This document shows, one piece after another, positions 22,750 to 53,596 of a stretch of DNA of 64,000 nt (position 1 is its first letter; every line of letters begins with the position of its first letter). The DNA is from Lytechinus pictus. Lineage: Eukaryota. Both the position numbers and the translations under genes were made by a program. Location of the stretch: assembly GCF_037042905.1 (NCBI RefSeq), contig NC_087262.1, positions 15,376,001 to 15,440,000 of the forward strand, in the 5' to 3' direction. Below the pieces are notes generated by a model. It did not search any database. It saw only the letters and a program-made list of their open reading frames with translations, and was not told where the DNA came from.

Positions 22750-23242
22750 ACAATTGTGCTGTACACATGCAAATCCTATGCATCTGCATTTTGTCCAGTC
22801 AGCGTATTGTCTAGCTTGGTTTTCGATAGAGGTGGCATCAAGCTAGAGTTATTACACTTTCATTATACAAGCCCGAGGAGTATTCTAGAAGTGTGTGAAC
22901 TGATTTGCCTTTGCAACTATTACAAGATGTTTATTTGATGGATATGAAATAACAAATGATGAATTTGTGGCAGGTGATCAGTGATCAACAGTATTCAGAA
23001 ATAATTCAAAGGTTTGTGATCTATTACACAGTGAGTGTATTGAAAAATCAGTGGCCAAGTCCACCGTAAAAACAAGTTGATAATTGGAGGAAAATTATGC
23101 AAAATATTTCTATTTGTTTTCCCAATGATGTTCAACATGGTTGAACTCCTTGATCATATGGAACTGCCTTTATGATTTTATCAAGGTCTTCCTTAGTTAA
23201 AGATTTATATCATTAAAAAAAAGGAAATAGTGAACACTTGAC

Positions 23243-24197
23243 CAGGGAGCCGTTTCATAAAGCTGTTCATAAACATGATTAGTGAACCTTTCTTGTACTC
23301 AACAAGATAGATACCCAAAAGTTTTCCTTTTCAACATAATAGAGCGCATTACCTATAATCCTAATCAAATTTTGAAACATTGAATTTCACATTTAGATGT
23401 ATAATTTCAATCTAAAAAGATTGGATTTCAATTCAACCTTAAATGATAGAAATTGAAATAATTGAGAATCCGGTCTAGCACAAGAAAGGGTCACCAGTCT
23501 TACACAAAGTTATTCATAACTTACAAACAGCTTTATGAAATTCCATCCTGGGGGTCCGTAACACAAAGCTTAGCAATCATTGTAGCACTTTTTTTTAACG
23601 ATTGATTGCATGGACTACAATGTTTAATCGATCTTGAAAATCAAGCGTATGATTAATTGCTAACCTTTGTGTTACGGGACCCAGATGTGGCAAGATTCCT
23701 GCTGTGAGGGAATGTTGATGATCAGAAGAACTTGTTCAACCAAATTTTTTGTGTATTTTTATAGATATGATTTTCATTAACGTGTGCAATTAAAAGACAC
23801 TTTTTTGTTATCCAGTCAGTGCAATTAGATCTATGCACAATGGAACTTGATTGATATGTGTAGATTACATGTATTATCTTTATTGGGCATTTAAGCAGTG
23901 TGCAATACATATTTTAGTCCAGGGCCCCGTTTCGTAAAGACTTGTCATAATAACAAATGCAAGATTTTTATAACAAATTTACTTTCAGCCAATCAGATTG
24001 AATGATTCCAGTGGCTTATAACTGTTATTGTATTATGAAACGGACCCCAGGGCTCCGTAACACAAAGATTAGCGATCAATCGCTAAATGAATTGACCAAT
24101 CAAGATCAACATTTCATGCACATTTGTCGCATAATATTGACCAGGAACCAATCAGAAGTGTTCTCTCATATTTGTTAATCTTTGTGTTACGGACCCC
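23243..24197. mobile_element. Cluster of four Harbinger-type MITEs (about 23243-23550, 23551-23682, 23922-24048, 24051-24197)
   Basis: TIR pairs GTTTCATAAAGCTGTT/AACAGCTTTATGAAA, GGTCCGTAACACAAAG/CTTTGTGTTACGG and CCCGTTTCGTAA/TTATGAAACGG, with CWG flanks. Confidence 0.75.
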
Positions 24198-24861
24198 AGA
24201 TGTGTGATTTGCCTGTACATGTACACACTCTTTTGCATGATGCACCAAAATCTGACAAATGTGAACTAAAGTTGCTATAAAATATCAGTATGACATGGTC
24301 TATTGAAAAAAGAAGATTATATTGGGTGACTTTTCTTCATGAGATACCAGGAACATTTTCACTTTATAAGGGCCGATATTGCACTCCTCCCCGATTTGTG
24401 CAATATTTCTAAACTTGTGGAATATTTATGGTATCCCATCCTGACTTCTAAGCTATCCAATATAATAAAGTATTTGTTAGATGTATTGATGAAATTAGTT
24501 GATACATGAAAGAGAATAACTCCTCAATAAGTACGGGTATATTCACATATGAGACATTTATTTCTTGCATTTTATTGTTGCAAGTCAGCTGCCAGATATT
24601 GCATTATTTTGAAGTTTGATGCAATTTTCAGTACAGGAAGTATGTATATGGAGAGAGAAACTGGTAAGATAGTATTACTTCATTAGCTCTTACAATCAAA
24701 TTACTGGGAATCAGAATTATCCATGACCTGTTGCAAAATAATTTTTTTTTTTGCAATAAAACACAACTTTATTGGCAAGTCAAAATCAATCGAAAGTGCT
24801 CGGCATTTGGGATTTTTTAAATTTGCATAAACCTTTATTTAGTCTCCCGGGCCCCCATTAA

Positions 24862-25000
24862 CCCTTTCCATGCGTACTTCGCACGTATGCACACTTGGTG
24901 CCGTGCGAACTTCGCATTTCACGCTCAAGTAAACAATGCATTGTTTCCCTCCCTGAAAAGAATTCAGCACAGAGGGGTTCGTGGCCCAGCGCACAAAGAG
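24862..25000. mobile_element. piggyBac-like mini element
   Basis: TTAA|CCCTTT...AAAGAG|TTAA with imperfect short TIRs. Confidence 0.5.
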
Positions 25001-25531
25001 TTAAGGATCTCGGCTGTCAACAAAAATTTGGCACTTGTGTTTTCATTGGGATATATATAGAACTGCACAGTTCATATTTCTGGGAAAATTATATGATTTC
25101 ATTGGTTATGCTTTTCTTCATGCATGAAATCAAAATATTTGCTCTAAGTCAATAAAAGTAAACATATTTGGTTTAGAGAATATGGTTTTCATAGCAAATC
25201 TCCAAAAGAATTAAGATTATACTTTTTTTAATGGTATTAAAAATTATAGCACGAAGACTAAATGGGTAATAGACAAAATTACATTAGATCAAGAGATGAT
25301 TCAACATAAAATGATGGTTAAGATTTCTACTCCTTATGTGAAATAGCATTTTTCTCAAATCTTTACTGTACTTATGAAAAAAATGTCTACTGTTATTGCA
25401 ATCTTTTATCAAATAATTGTGGAGCCAAAGCTCATTCCACTTAAGAAATATGTTTATATTGTATTTTATGATGATATTGCCTTCATTCAGGTTATAATTT
25501 ATTGATTGTCAATCAAATTGATGTTTTGATA

Positions 25532-25537
25532 AATAAA
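25532..25537 (+). terminator. Candidate polyadenylation signal of the ICME-like gene
   Basis: AATAAA followed about 20 nt later by a GT/T-rich tract; an alternative AATAAA lies at 25151. Confidence 0.4.
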
Positions 25538-25814
25538 TATATAAATTCAATCATGTTAATTTTGTGTCTTTTATTCTAAATGTTGGATTTGTGACCCAGG
25601 ATTTATGGGTTTATGTAAGAAAATTGCATGTAGTGAATATTTAACCCATGGCAATGCATATTTTGGTGGCTTATTGAATACCAAAGTGAACAAAAATATT
25701 GCGCATGACATAAACAGCCATTGCTGTAAAATTATAAAACAGATTTCATGATTGCATCAAGAGATGATACATGTACTGCGTACGATCATTGCAAACTATA
25801 TTATTGGAATTCAG

Positions 25815-25972
25815 AGGGCTGTTTCTTAAAGCTGTTCGTAAGTTAAGAGCGACTTTAAGAACGACTGGTGATCCTTTCACTAGTGATTCCATCACTAATT
25901 AATATACCAGGCAGGATCACCAGTCGTTCTTAAAGACGCTCTTAACTTACGAACAGCTTTATGAAACACCTG
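25815..25972. mobile_element. Harbinger-type palindromic MITE
   Basis: AAAGCTGTTCGTAAGTTAAGAGCGACTTTAAGAACGACTGGTGATCCT and its reverse complement. Confidence 0.8.
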
Positions 25973-26194
25973 CCTGATGTGACAGTTTCATCGGTCTTTA
26001 CGTAAATAAGGGATTGTGGGAGATGAAAACACAGCTGATATTGCATTTACCGGAACTTGTTTTGATCAAATTGATTTATCAATATAAAGAACAGTACCAT
26101 GTTTTAATGTTAATTTGGTTTATGTCCCCTCATTTAGCCAATTAGCTGTTGGTCTATTTTTGAAAAGTCTATTACCACCTGGGCTAAACCCTTA

Positions 26195-26481
26195 GGCCCG
26201 TATTCTGAAGTCGGGATTAAATTAAACCCTGGTTTAAGTAAGGAGAGCCAATTGGGGCACAAATCCCTAACAGTAAACATTCAATTATTAACTCATGACA
26301 CCCAAATTGTTCGTAATTGTCTGGGAATGATAATTGAAGTATTGTCTTCATTATGAAGCAAAAGGAAACAAAATATTAAACATAAGAAATATAAACTTAA
26401 TTTTTGATTTCTTGGCTTCCCATAATTTTAGTACAGATTTAGACCGTGGTCTCAGTTAAACCTGACTTCAGAATACGGGCC
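26195..26481. mobile_element. Harbinger-type MITE (same family as 10995-11349)
   Basis: GGCCCGTATTCTGAAGTC / GACTTCAGAATACGGGCC. Confidence 0.8.
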
Positions 26482-26585
26482 ATTCAGTCTACTATAAATT
26501 TGGTCTAATATTAAATATGTCTGCTTATTATTTTGCACTTTGTCAAATGTAAATTTGGTTCATAAAGAGGTCATCTAACGATATA

Positions 26586-27405
26586 CAGTGCGTCCCACAA
26601 AAAACGAAACCGAGATTTATCGATGATTTATCATAACTTAATCACAAATACAATAGACAAATGACCTACCATTGTAAAGCTTAGAATCTCCTCTTTCATC
26701 TGAAATTACTTAGATTATTTCTCATTCACGCATGAGTGAGCAAAAACAATTTGAAGAGGGGATACCAAAAAGTCATTTGGCGGGCTGTATCTGGGTTTCA
26801 AAAAGTAAACCACATTTCTAAAAAGTTCAATATCTGCTCTTTAATTTGATACCTCAATTACAGAAAATGGTCAAGAAATAAGAAAGTTCTGGTTATTTGA
26901 AATAAGGCTTGAATTTCAATAATTTCATAAAATGAAGAGGTTTTACAGGCTAGCGTTCAAACTCACTCGACACTCCGTTTTGTTGACGATCAGCCATGCA
27001 TGAAGTCTTTTGTTAACCATGCGATAGCTTCTGTGGGAAACCGGTGAAAACACGTTTATTTAATGAAATTATGGAAATACAAGCATTGTTTCGAGGGAAC
27101 GTAACTTTTTTACTTCTTGACCATTTTTTGTGATTAAGGTATCAAATTAAAGAGCAGATATTGAACTTTTTAGGCATGTGATTTTCTTTTTAAAATTCAG
27201 ATACCCCCCGCCAAACGAGTTTTTGGTATCCTTTCTTCAAATTGTTTTTGCTCACTCATGCGTGAATGAGGAATAATCTAAGTAATATCAGATGAAAGAG
27301 GATATTCTATGCTTTACATTGGTAGGTCATTTGTCTATTGCATTTGTGATTAAGTTATGATAAATCATCGCTAAATCTCGGTTTCGTTTTTTCTGGGACG
27401 CACTG
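26586..27405. mobile_element. Tc1/mariner-type MITE (820 bp, long TIRs)
   Basis: TA|CAGTGCGTCCCA...TGGGACGCACTG|TA; arms complementary for more than 300 bp. Confidence 0.9.
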
Positions 27406-27712
27406 TAGACTAAGTGGTGCTCAACGAAGTGGATAATACATAAAATGGGCTAAACATCAATTTATAGACCAAATAGTTTAGATCAACTGATTGTAGACGA
27501 ACTAGAATTGGACCATAACAGTGGAATGTGATCGTATGGACAGCAGTCAAAGTGGATGTAGTCGAAGTGACAATTTCCTGTTAAATTTGGGAGGTACGAG
27601 GGGATTCAAACGCGGAGTGCATGCAATGTGAACTGCTATTGGAAAGCTTGTTGGACAGAAATTGAATAAATACCCCCCAAAATTTTGCTTTTGAATTGCA
27701 TGATCAGTATCA

Positions 27713-27718
27713 TTTATT
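27713..27718 (-). terminator. Candidate polyadenylation signal of PARG
   Basis: TTTATT on + (AATAAA on -), about 2.1 kb past the PARG stop codon. Confidence 0.45.
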
Positions 27719-29863
27719 AGAAAATAAATTAAAAACTTCTAAATCAAAATATTACATAGAATTCATCTCATAACTTGCAATATTCAATGCAAATAACATT
27801 CAAATATACATACTTTATATGAGATGCGCATATAAAAACATTCTGATCAGGGGAACATAGAAAGAAACAGAAGCTGCCTATTTCACAGCAATAAACATGA
27901 TTACATCATTTATGCATATTGTAGAAAACCATACTATCCCTTTTAGGGTGCATTTTTCACATAAATCATCTATACATTATTAAACATGGCACAAAACATT
28001 ACAAAGAATAATTGTACTACAAAAGGATTTTAAGTATTGGTGTAAATTGCTAACTACTTATTTCAGGAATAACTTTGATTTTTAGAAAAATAATTTGAGA
28101 GCTTTTGAGAATGCAATGGAAAAAAAATTGGTAGATTCAGATATAAATCAGTCTGTGGAAACTTAGTCTATTTAAATAAAAATAGGGAGTTGAGCATGCA
28201 CAGATGAGTTTCTACCTTAAAGGTCAAGTCCACCCCATGAAAAAGCTGATTTGAAAAAAAGACAAAATCAAACAAGTTTAACACTGAAAATTTTATCAAA
28301 ATCAGAAAGTTGTGTCATTTTCACAAAACAGTGATGTGCACATCATGGGCAGTATGCAAATAAGGTCACTAATGATGTCACACACTATTCTGAACTTCTT
28401 AAAAATTACACAACTTACTTGTTGGGGTTAACTTACCTTTAACCCTATCAGATGGGTCTAAATAATTAAATAACTCTATTAGGGTTACACTTTGTTCTTT
28501 GCATTCTGTCATGTTTTTGAAAGATTCCTATTATGAACCAGATGAGGAGAGAATGTTCCATGCATGTTTTTTCTATAAAGGTACATGTTTTACACATACT
28601 TTATGAATGACCAGAGTATGAAGCGCCCAGATATGAGTCAAATATCCCCCCTTTTTTTTTTGGAGGGGGTACACTATTTCAATTAATTCATGTGGCATTG
28701 AAAACATATTTAATCAAAGCAATTCACAAACGGCCTTGAAAGCAAGTAAGTATAAATATATTAAAGTAAAGAGGATTTCCCATTGAATAGAAAAAAGAGA
28801 AGAACAAATACACACATTGCAGGGCTTTAATGTATTATTGCTAGCTGTAGAGAAAGAACACAACTTATGGAAAATTAAAAGATGTACAGTTAATAACAAT
28901 GATTGCACTGTATACATATATGTTTAAGATATAGAAACCTAACATGTTTTTTAATATGATTGACAAACTTTTATCTAAAAAAAAAGAAGACATAATTAAA
29001 TCACAAAACTCAACGTAACGAGGTGATTACACGGAACAACTCACAAATGTCTGCAACCATGAGCAGATTCAAGACTGATATTCTAATATACTATAAAGAC
29101 TTGGCATAAATGTATTATTTTCAATCTCTGATATTTGAAAACATAATTACAATAGATAGAGCATTAATGCTTTTCATCTATAAGTAAAGTGATAAACTGC
29201 CAATTGTCATTTCATACTCTGCAACAATTTTATGAAAAATGACACCCGTGACCATGCCCAGTCTCGTGTATCCTCCAAGTGCCACTTTTAGATTACATAG
29301 TGAATAGTATCTCATTACACGTACATTATCATGGTTTGACTCGACATAATCACAAAGTTGAATTTTTAATTTGTGACAACTGCAAGCATGCATTTGGCAA
29401 TCCTACACAAGCTTGAGCATGTGCACTTGGCAGTTAGAGGGTTAAGAAATTCTGTTCCATAGTTGGAACTATAGCTTTAAAGGGTCTTGTTTACAGCAGC
29501 ACGGCAAGCCTTACTCAAAAATTGGATGATCAAACTGTGCCAAGCCTGTGAGAATTACGGAATCCAGCAGTCAAACTATTATTTCCCATGAATCCTCAAT
29601 TTTAATACCCATTTCGAACATGGGACACAGGCAATTGACTACAACTTCTGTAGCAATGCTCTTGTTAGCAGGCCCTGCCTAATAACAGAACTTGGTGGTC
29701 ACTTCATCAGTCATCAGCTTAGAAGCATTTCATGAAACAGATAGTGAATAACTTTCACTATTTGCTCTGAGCCAATCAGATGCAACGATTTTGATAACTT
29801 ATAATAGTGAGTTTCATAGTTTTAATGAAAATCTGCCCTTATAGCATGCTGCACCAATAACAA

Positions 29864-46774
<16,911 letters not shown>

Positions 46775-47607
46775 CAGATGGTATTAACAAAACTGTCAAT
46801 CAAACTGATCCATCTGAAATACATCTAAACAAAACAGGGATGGCTGGATGTAAACAGTGACTCCCTTGGCTGGCGGTTGTGATTCTGGATACAAGGAAAT
46901 CAAACATTTAATTCCCCATTGGGTAGAACATCAGTATATTCACACCTGCCTAATAGAAAAAATGTACTTTGACAGATCATACTTGGGGCCAATTGCACGA
47001 AAGGGTCTTTCCAAGGACCGTCTTTTATGTTGCCCATCTTTTATGAAGCGCTGCATGTGAGGTATTTGTGAAGTTTATGATAAACAAATAAAATTCATCA
47101 GCTAGCTTTAAAATCAATTTTCATACAATTTTATGGGATATCACATCCTGTATTATAAACAAACTATCAGTACTGTATTATTGTATAAAAAAGTGTTCAT
47201 GTCAAGTGAATGATTAAAACATTATTCTTCATTATATGTAAGGGTAAAAAATACTTGGGGGGCATTTAGAAGAAAAAAAATTGAGAGCCAATTTTATTAC
47301 CCTGGAGCCATGTTCAGTTTTCCAGAGCCAATCTCTTTTTCAGCTCAGGGCATGGTTTTGGTTCGCAGTTTGTCCTGTTTTATTCATTTAAATAATGTTT
47401 AATATTGTCTATTCAATTGCTATTCATTGTTTTAATTGATATCGATTGTTAAAAGATTTTTTTAATTAATTGTTAATTGTTCACTGAATGTTTATTATTT
47501 CAGTATTTGTAACTGTTAGATCTATTTACTAACTTACAAATGTCCATCAAATTGAATAGCTCAAGGAAGGATGAAGTTTATCAAATTTGAACAGAATTGG
47601 TACTTAC

Positions 47608-49520
47608 CGGAATCCTTTTCATAATTTTCAATTTCTTGATAATAAATAGCTCACTTTAAAATATTTTTTTGAATATTCAATGCATTGCCGCTGGAGAGCA
47701 AACGTTATAAAACTCGCCAGAAAATTATTCATTTCACAAATTCACGTCTCGCCAGCACAGTCAATCACATCATCGCAGCACACGTCAAAGTACAGGCGCC
47801 ATCACTCACCAAAAACCCCCGCTGTAATACAAATTACGTCATTAAAATTTATTTATCTGCGCCATATTTCCAAAGCACGCAACGGGTTTGTTCAGATTCA
47901 GGAAGCGGGGTCCCTGAAAATGCAATAAAAATGAAGAAATCTGTGATTTTTTCAGAGTTTGCAAACTTTATTTTCTCGCTTATTTATGATTGTATCTTCT
48001 AAATTACCAATAAAAAACCAATTCTTTATCGCAGTTATGGCGATATCGGACTTTGGTCTTTGCAATTGTTTTAGGAAGTTGCGAGAGAGATCCCAGAGGC
48101 GGCAGAGCACATAAAAGATAAACCGCTCGCCAATCTGACTGTGTATTTTTTCCTTCTTCAGCAGCCATACAAATAGTAAATATCAATTCAAGAAAATTGA
48201 TGCAGCAAACAAAAAGAGAAGCGGGCAGACGAGAAACATCACTTCTTGACATTTTTTTGCCAATTTTCAAAAATAGTAAAAAAATTTCATGCGGCGGCCA
48301 AAATAGATCATGTCCTAGGCCTAGAATGCACGCAAGGAAGATCAACTACTTTCTAGTTTCTTTTTTTACTTGGCCTTGGGCTTGGCCTAATATTAGGGAG
48401 TTCGGTGAAAATGCCACTTTCAGAATTTGTATCTGTCTGTGCACCCATGTATAAAACAAATGTGAAGCCATTAAAGGAGGAGGAAAAACCCTATAGAAAC
48501 CTATACCATGAGAAACTTTGAAGTTTTATGAATAAAATGATGTATAATTCAAGGGCATGCCTTGCCCCGCATAGCAGCGCATTGCACTTTAAAAAAAAGT
48601 ATTATACAGTCCCATTCATTGCATTTTGTGTAAGTTATGAAAATCTACTTTTTGCTGTAAAAAAATCTGCACATTCTCCCATTTAAACAGAAATATCTCT
48701 GTCAATATTTGACATCATGAGTTGATTTATGCACCATTCTTTTTCTTATTTCACAAGCTTTCCAATGGTACCAAATTTGTCAGGATTCCTTCAAGATTTC
48801 ATAAAGTAACAGTCTCCCCAACTCAAACAAGAGTTTACTTTTCTTTTTGACAGACTAAAAATCTGCATATTTCCCCCTGTAAATTGGAATATCTCCGTCA
48901 ATATATCAGACAATGAGTTGATTGAGGCATCATTATTTTTCTTATTTCACAAGCTTTCCAATGATATCAAATTTGTTGGGATTCTTCAAGATTTCAAAAA
49001 GTCACCGAACTCCCTACTAATATTACATTTTGAACCTTCTCCATATTTTTATTTTCAATTTTGGGTGGCTGTCGCAAAAGGAACTCTTCCTTTCACGGTC
49101 ATGTCATCTCCAGACTACCCCTCCCTATTCCCATGGCAGGCGAATGACCCATATGCAGTTTGTATAAACGGCAACACAGAAATGTGATAAGGCCCATTCA
49201 CTTACATGCAGAACAAATCGCACGTGCCGATTCATTTATAAGTAACTTCTTCGCCACTTTGTTCACAGTCTAACTTCGTTTTAGTTTGAGTATTCATAAT
49301 GGGCCAAGATTAATCTAATTAGCTGTAAAAAACCGACATTCATGGAAATTAACTGGATCAAGCAGATAGTGGTTCACAATCACACCTCAGACATGTAATT
49401 ACCAAAATAGATGCTCTTTCTTGTCTTGACTTGGCTCAACATAGAACGCGAGCTGGCGCTATCCAATTGTGATTGTAATTGTTGTGCAATTAAGTAGATT
49501 GCATTTGCGGTGGAGATTCG
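47608..49520. promoter_or_regulatory. Divergent promoter region for PARG (-) and MRPS24 (+) with candidate non-coding first exons
   Basis: Minus-strand donor (TACTTAC|CGG) at 47607/47608; CpG-enriched patches at 47680-48120 and 49050-49520; plus-strand donor ATTC|GTAAGA near 49519. The first coding exons of both genes start at acceptors, so upstream exons must exist. Confidence 0.55.
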
Positions 49521-50519
49521 TAAGATTTGATAACATTTTTAACTGCTCTTACCTTACTGTTTGTCTTGCAGGGTGTAATTTTCATTGTTTATCTATTTCA
49601 TGGAGTCAGAATGAATGTACTGATGCTAGTTCATGAATTAAAGGGGACGTGATTCAAAAGTCACTTAAAACTTTATCGGTCCCACTAACTCGGTTTTATG
49701 TTGTGAAATGAAAAAGTGATGCTGATCATGTGTGCCGACTGCCTGCATGCATGCTGAGATATTTACTAAATTACTGTGAACACAACAAAAGAGTAATAAA
49801 AAGAAGGAGAAAATGTAGTTAGAATTAGAGAGAGAAAAAGGGATACTGCCTCGCTCTTGTCCGAGCGCGAGTGACTTTTCTTTAGCTAGCCTAAATATTA
49901 CTCGCCCTAAAATTAAAAAAAAAAAAGTAAAAGAAAAGGAGAACCAGAATTTCAGAAAAATAATGGAATGGAGCAAAGAAAAGATGGGGGTCTATAAGGG
50001 AGTAGAAGAGAAGGATCAAGATGTAGAGATAACATTTTAGAAATGGGGGATGAATAATACAAGGTTCAAGAAAAAAAAGGGAAACTGAAAAGATAAAGAA
50101 GAGGAAAAGGAAGAAGCTGGAGCAGAAAAGGGGGAAAAGAATTGGAAAAAAGAAAAGAAAAGGAGGAAAAGAACAAAAAAATAATATAATGATAAGAAAA
50201 AAAGAATGGGAAGGGGGGTACATTCTGTAAAGTTACCCTCTACCATTGAAATTATTTAACTAACTTTGAAATCTGCTTTAAGTATATATCTAGTAATAAA
50301 AAGGATATATTGCATTCACTCATAATTGATGAAATAAATAGGTTTGTGTCTTTGTGAGTAGTTTGTTAAAAATTAAAGGCATATTGTACAGATCACAGTG
50401 CATCATGATAAAACAGCGACAAGAATGACAGTCCATGCACAGACCCTAGCTTTCATGCAATTGGCCCCAGATTCCCCTCCAGAATTTTCCAATTTTTTTC
50501 ACCATCTAGGCCTGCTTAA

Positions 50520-51285
50520 AGGGGAATCCGGCCTTGGCCATAAAATGTTGTGTTGGGAAGAAGAAAAATAAATTAAACAGAATGGTGAAAGTTTGAAAGA
50601 AATCAGAAAAGCAATAAGAAAGTTATAGCTGCTTTAAAATTGAGATCATTAATCAGGGGCCGCGGAAGCGGGGGGGCTGGGGGGCTTCAGCCCCCCCACT
50701 TTTTTCCAAATCCATGTACAAAAACGCAAAAATGACCATACGATTGTGATTTTTTGCATGGTCAGCCCCCCCCCCCCCACTTTTGGCTCAGCCCCCCCAC
50801 TTTGAAAACCATTCCGCGGCCCCTGTTAATAGTATGTAGATTTCAAATTGGCAACTGGGTAATTAAATTATGACAAGGGGCAAGGACAACTTTCCCATAG
50901 GCCATGTGCTTTATTATCAGGGTTTTGTGGTTTTCTCCTAAGTACCCATTCCCCTGGGGCAGTAATCTAAAAATAACCCAGGTAGTATATGTCCTCATGA
51001 AAGAAAATATAATTTGAAATAAAACTTCGGGGAAAAATGACATTTTAGCCATAATGATATGTATTGGAGTACATGGAAGAGTAGTCCTTGCCTTACATCA
51101 CTATGACATCCCATATGCGGCCAATTTGAAGTCTCCATGGGTATAGTGATTACCAATATTTACAACTTTTAAAAATTCATAACTTTCTTGTTGTTTGTCC
51201 AATATTGTTAAAACTTTCACATATCAACTTGTCTGATTTTTCTTTTTCTTATAAAAACAAGTTTTCATTTGGGTTGGATTCCCCT
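50520..51285. mobile_element. Kolobok-like MITE with a nested small TIR element at 50654-50825
   Basis: TTAA|AGGGGAATCC...GGATTCCCCT|TTAA; nested CAGGGGCCGCGGAA / TTCCGCGGCCCCTG flanked by TTAAT. Confidence 0.8.
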
Positions 51286-51634
51286 TTAAATACTATCTAC
51301 TTTTGTTTTCATAACTTCTTTGACCAATACCCACACACAAACAAATGGGCTTCTGACCTCAGAGCAGATAGACAAAATTCTGGGTGGGAAAAAAATTCTT
51401 TGTCATTTTGATGTTGTTGCCTTTATCCTTTGACAAGTCAAAGAGATTGTCATATTGGAGATGTTTCCAATATTAAAAGCACAACCACTTAAAAATTAAA
51501 GTAGCAATCGGCTATGCTGTTGATTTTGTTAATTGATTATTTCTGTAGACGATAGCAGATTATTGCAAATATATTTCTAAAATAATGATGAGTTTTAAAT
51601 TCAAATATTTTCCTTAATTTTGGTGTTTCAGAAT

Positions 51635-52680
51635 ATGCTGAGAGGGGCATTGAATATTCAGAGGTCGTCAATTCGGCTTCTGCAGACATCGGCAGTATGT
51701 CACAAGGTTGTTGCAGGTAGAGTGAGGGTTAGTAAAGGAGAGAAACCAGTCACATATGAACAGTCCAACCCTCCCCATTACATTGGTGTCAGAAAGAGCT
51801 GGAACTCCAAACACACAGGTATAAAATTTTATATGGCAATGGCATGTATGTGTGTGTGTGTACGTACGCATCAGTGGTACACCTTGGAAACTGTCAGGAG
51901 GAACAAAGAATTCCGACGTGCAGAAAAAAAGAGCACCATTACTTGCTAAAACACTTTTCCATCTAAAATGTTCTGATACGCGAAAAGATAGAAAATTGAA
52001 ATTCTGTCAGGGGACACTCTACCCCCTTGCCTCCCAGGAACGCAAGTATGGTGTACCTGCGTGTATTTCTTTTCAGAAGAGTTATCAGTGTACTTCAATA
52101 TGGAAATAATATGATTTGAATAAATGGAGTAAAACTGGACAAGTATCAAAACACTTATAATATAAGCAAAAGAAATATATACGGACATAACAAAGTTACT
52201 GAATAGAAGATTTTGTATTATTTTGATAGATATATGTGTGATAACATAAATGCAATATCTAAGCTGATGATTTTGTATTCCCACTTTCCTTTTTGTATGT
52301 CATAGAAAATCCTTTTTGGAAACTGAAAAAGGGGGTGAAAAGGAGATATAATTTTTATAATTTCCTCTCACATTCATTCTCTCTTTTTTCTAACAGCAAA
52401 CCTGGAAGGGGAAATAGACACAGCAGATCGAACGCAGGAAGACCTCTTCATTAGAAAATTCATGTACGGGACATTTCACAATTGCATGGCGACAGAGATA
52501 GTCATAAAGCGAAGAGCTAATCAAATCTTCATCGCTGCCATCATGCTACGAAACCAAGCCCCGCAGAAGTATTACTTTTTGATAGGATACACAGAAGAAC
52601 TGCTTTCTCATTGGTTCAAGTGTCCTGTGAAATTAGAAGTTCAGGTCGTGGAGGACAGGCCTGTTTATAAGTGGATATGA
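51635..52680 (+). CDS. MRPS24: 28S mitochondrial ribosomal protein S24 (uS3m); exons 51632/51635-51818 and 52397-52680
   Basis: [46 protein letters not shown]|[58 protein letters not shown] matches the MRPS24 family. Phase-1 GT-AG intron; Arg-rich presequence. The start could lie in an upstream exon. Confidence 0.93.
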
Positions 52681-53195
52681 AAGAGCTTTTAAATCTGTAA
52701 ACTCTTTTTGATAATTCTCTTTGACTGAATATTTTTTGTACAGAAGAATATAAGTATGCATATTGCAACCTTCCATGAGTCAAAGTATATACTATAGCCT
52801 ATGTCAAGTCAATTTTTTGGTGCAGTTTATCCAAAGTGTGTTATTTGTCTCCTCTGTGTTTATTTCACTGAAGTCAGACAGATTCCTTGGATTAGACTTA
52901 GGGCAGACTCACCTTTCGACCTACTGGATCTGCAAAGTATGTACTGACCTATATGCAGTGTACAAGATATGTCGCCTTCTAGTGTTAAAGCTGGTAATTA
53001 CCAGGTAATTGTTCGAGGGAAAATTGAATAAGTAAAAGACTGAGAGACGACAGATTCTTAATTAATTGTAATTATGTATTTGGTCAAATTTTGATAGATC
53101 GGTATTTTCTCATGTGGTAAATATTAACTACAAATTGGGGGAAAATGACAGAACTATTGATCTAACTGAGATTCTTCATTTATATAACTTTGAGG

Positions 53196-53596
53196 CCGGG
53201 GGGGGGGGGGGGGGGGGGCAGTCAAATATATTGCTGTACACATGCCTGACCCAAAAACACATTTAAAGGGGTGTTTTTTAAGTTTTGGACGTGGGCCGCG
53301 CGTGCACTCGTTAAGGGTATAAAAAACAACGATTTTTAAGAAAGGGGTGGTTTTGAAAGACTGGTCAATTGCGGGGTCAAACATGTTTAGGGTATGTTTT
53401 TTTCCCCGGGGTCATATTTTGGCGACAACTTGTTTAGGGTCCAAAGTGTAAATAAAGCCCGCAAAAAACTTGTTTAGGGGGTTATTTTGCACACACAGAA
53501 AAACTCGTTTAGGGGTTGTTTGGAAATAATTTGGTCACACATGTGTACAGCAATTCATTTGACTGCCACTCCCCCCCCCCCCCCCTCCCTCCCGGG
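53196..53596. mobile_element. TIR MITE with poly-G/poly-C ends
   Basis: CCGGGGG..GCAGTCAAATATATTGCTGTACACATG / CATGTGTACAGCAATTCATTTGACTGC..CCCCCGG. Confidence 0.75.

Noticed and set aside
48038-48115. ATGGCG at about 48038 as the MRPS24 start exon
   Set aside because: No convincing in-phase donor before the stop, and the Met at 51635 already gives a plausible mitochondrial presequence.
47900-49090. A discrete transposon with AGGAAG...CTTCCT ends and a duplicated unit of about 200 bp (48650-49010)
   Set aside because: The termini match too weakly and no TSD was found. It is probably repeat-derived, but the boundaries cannot be supported.
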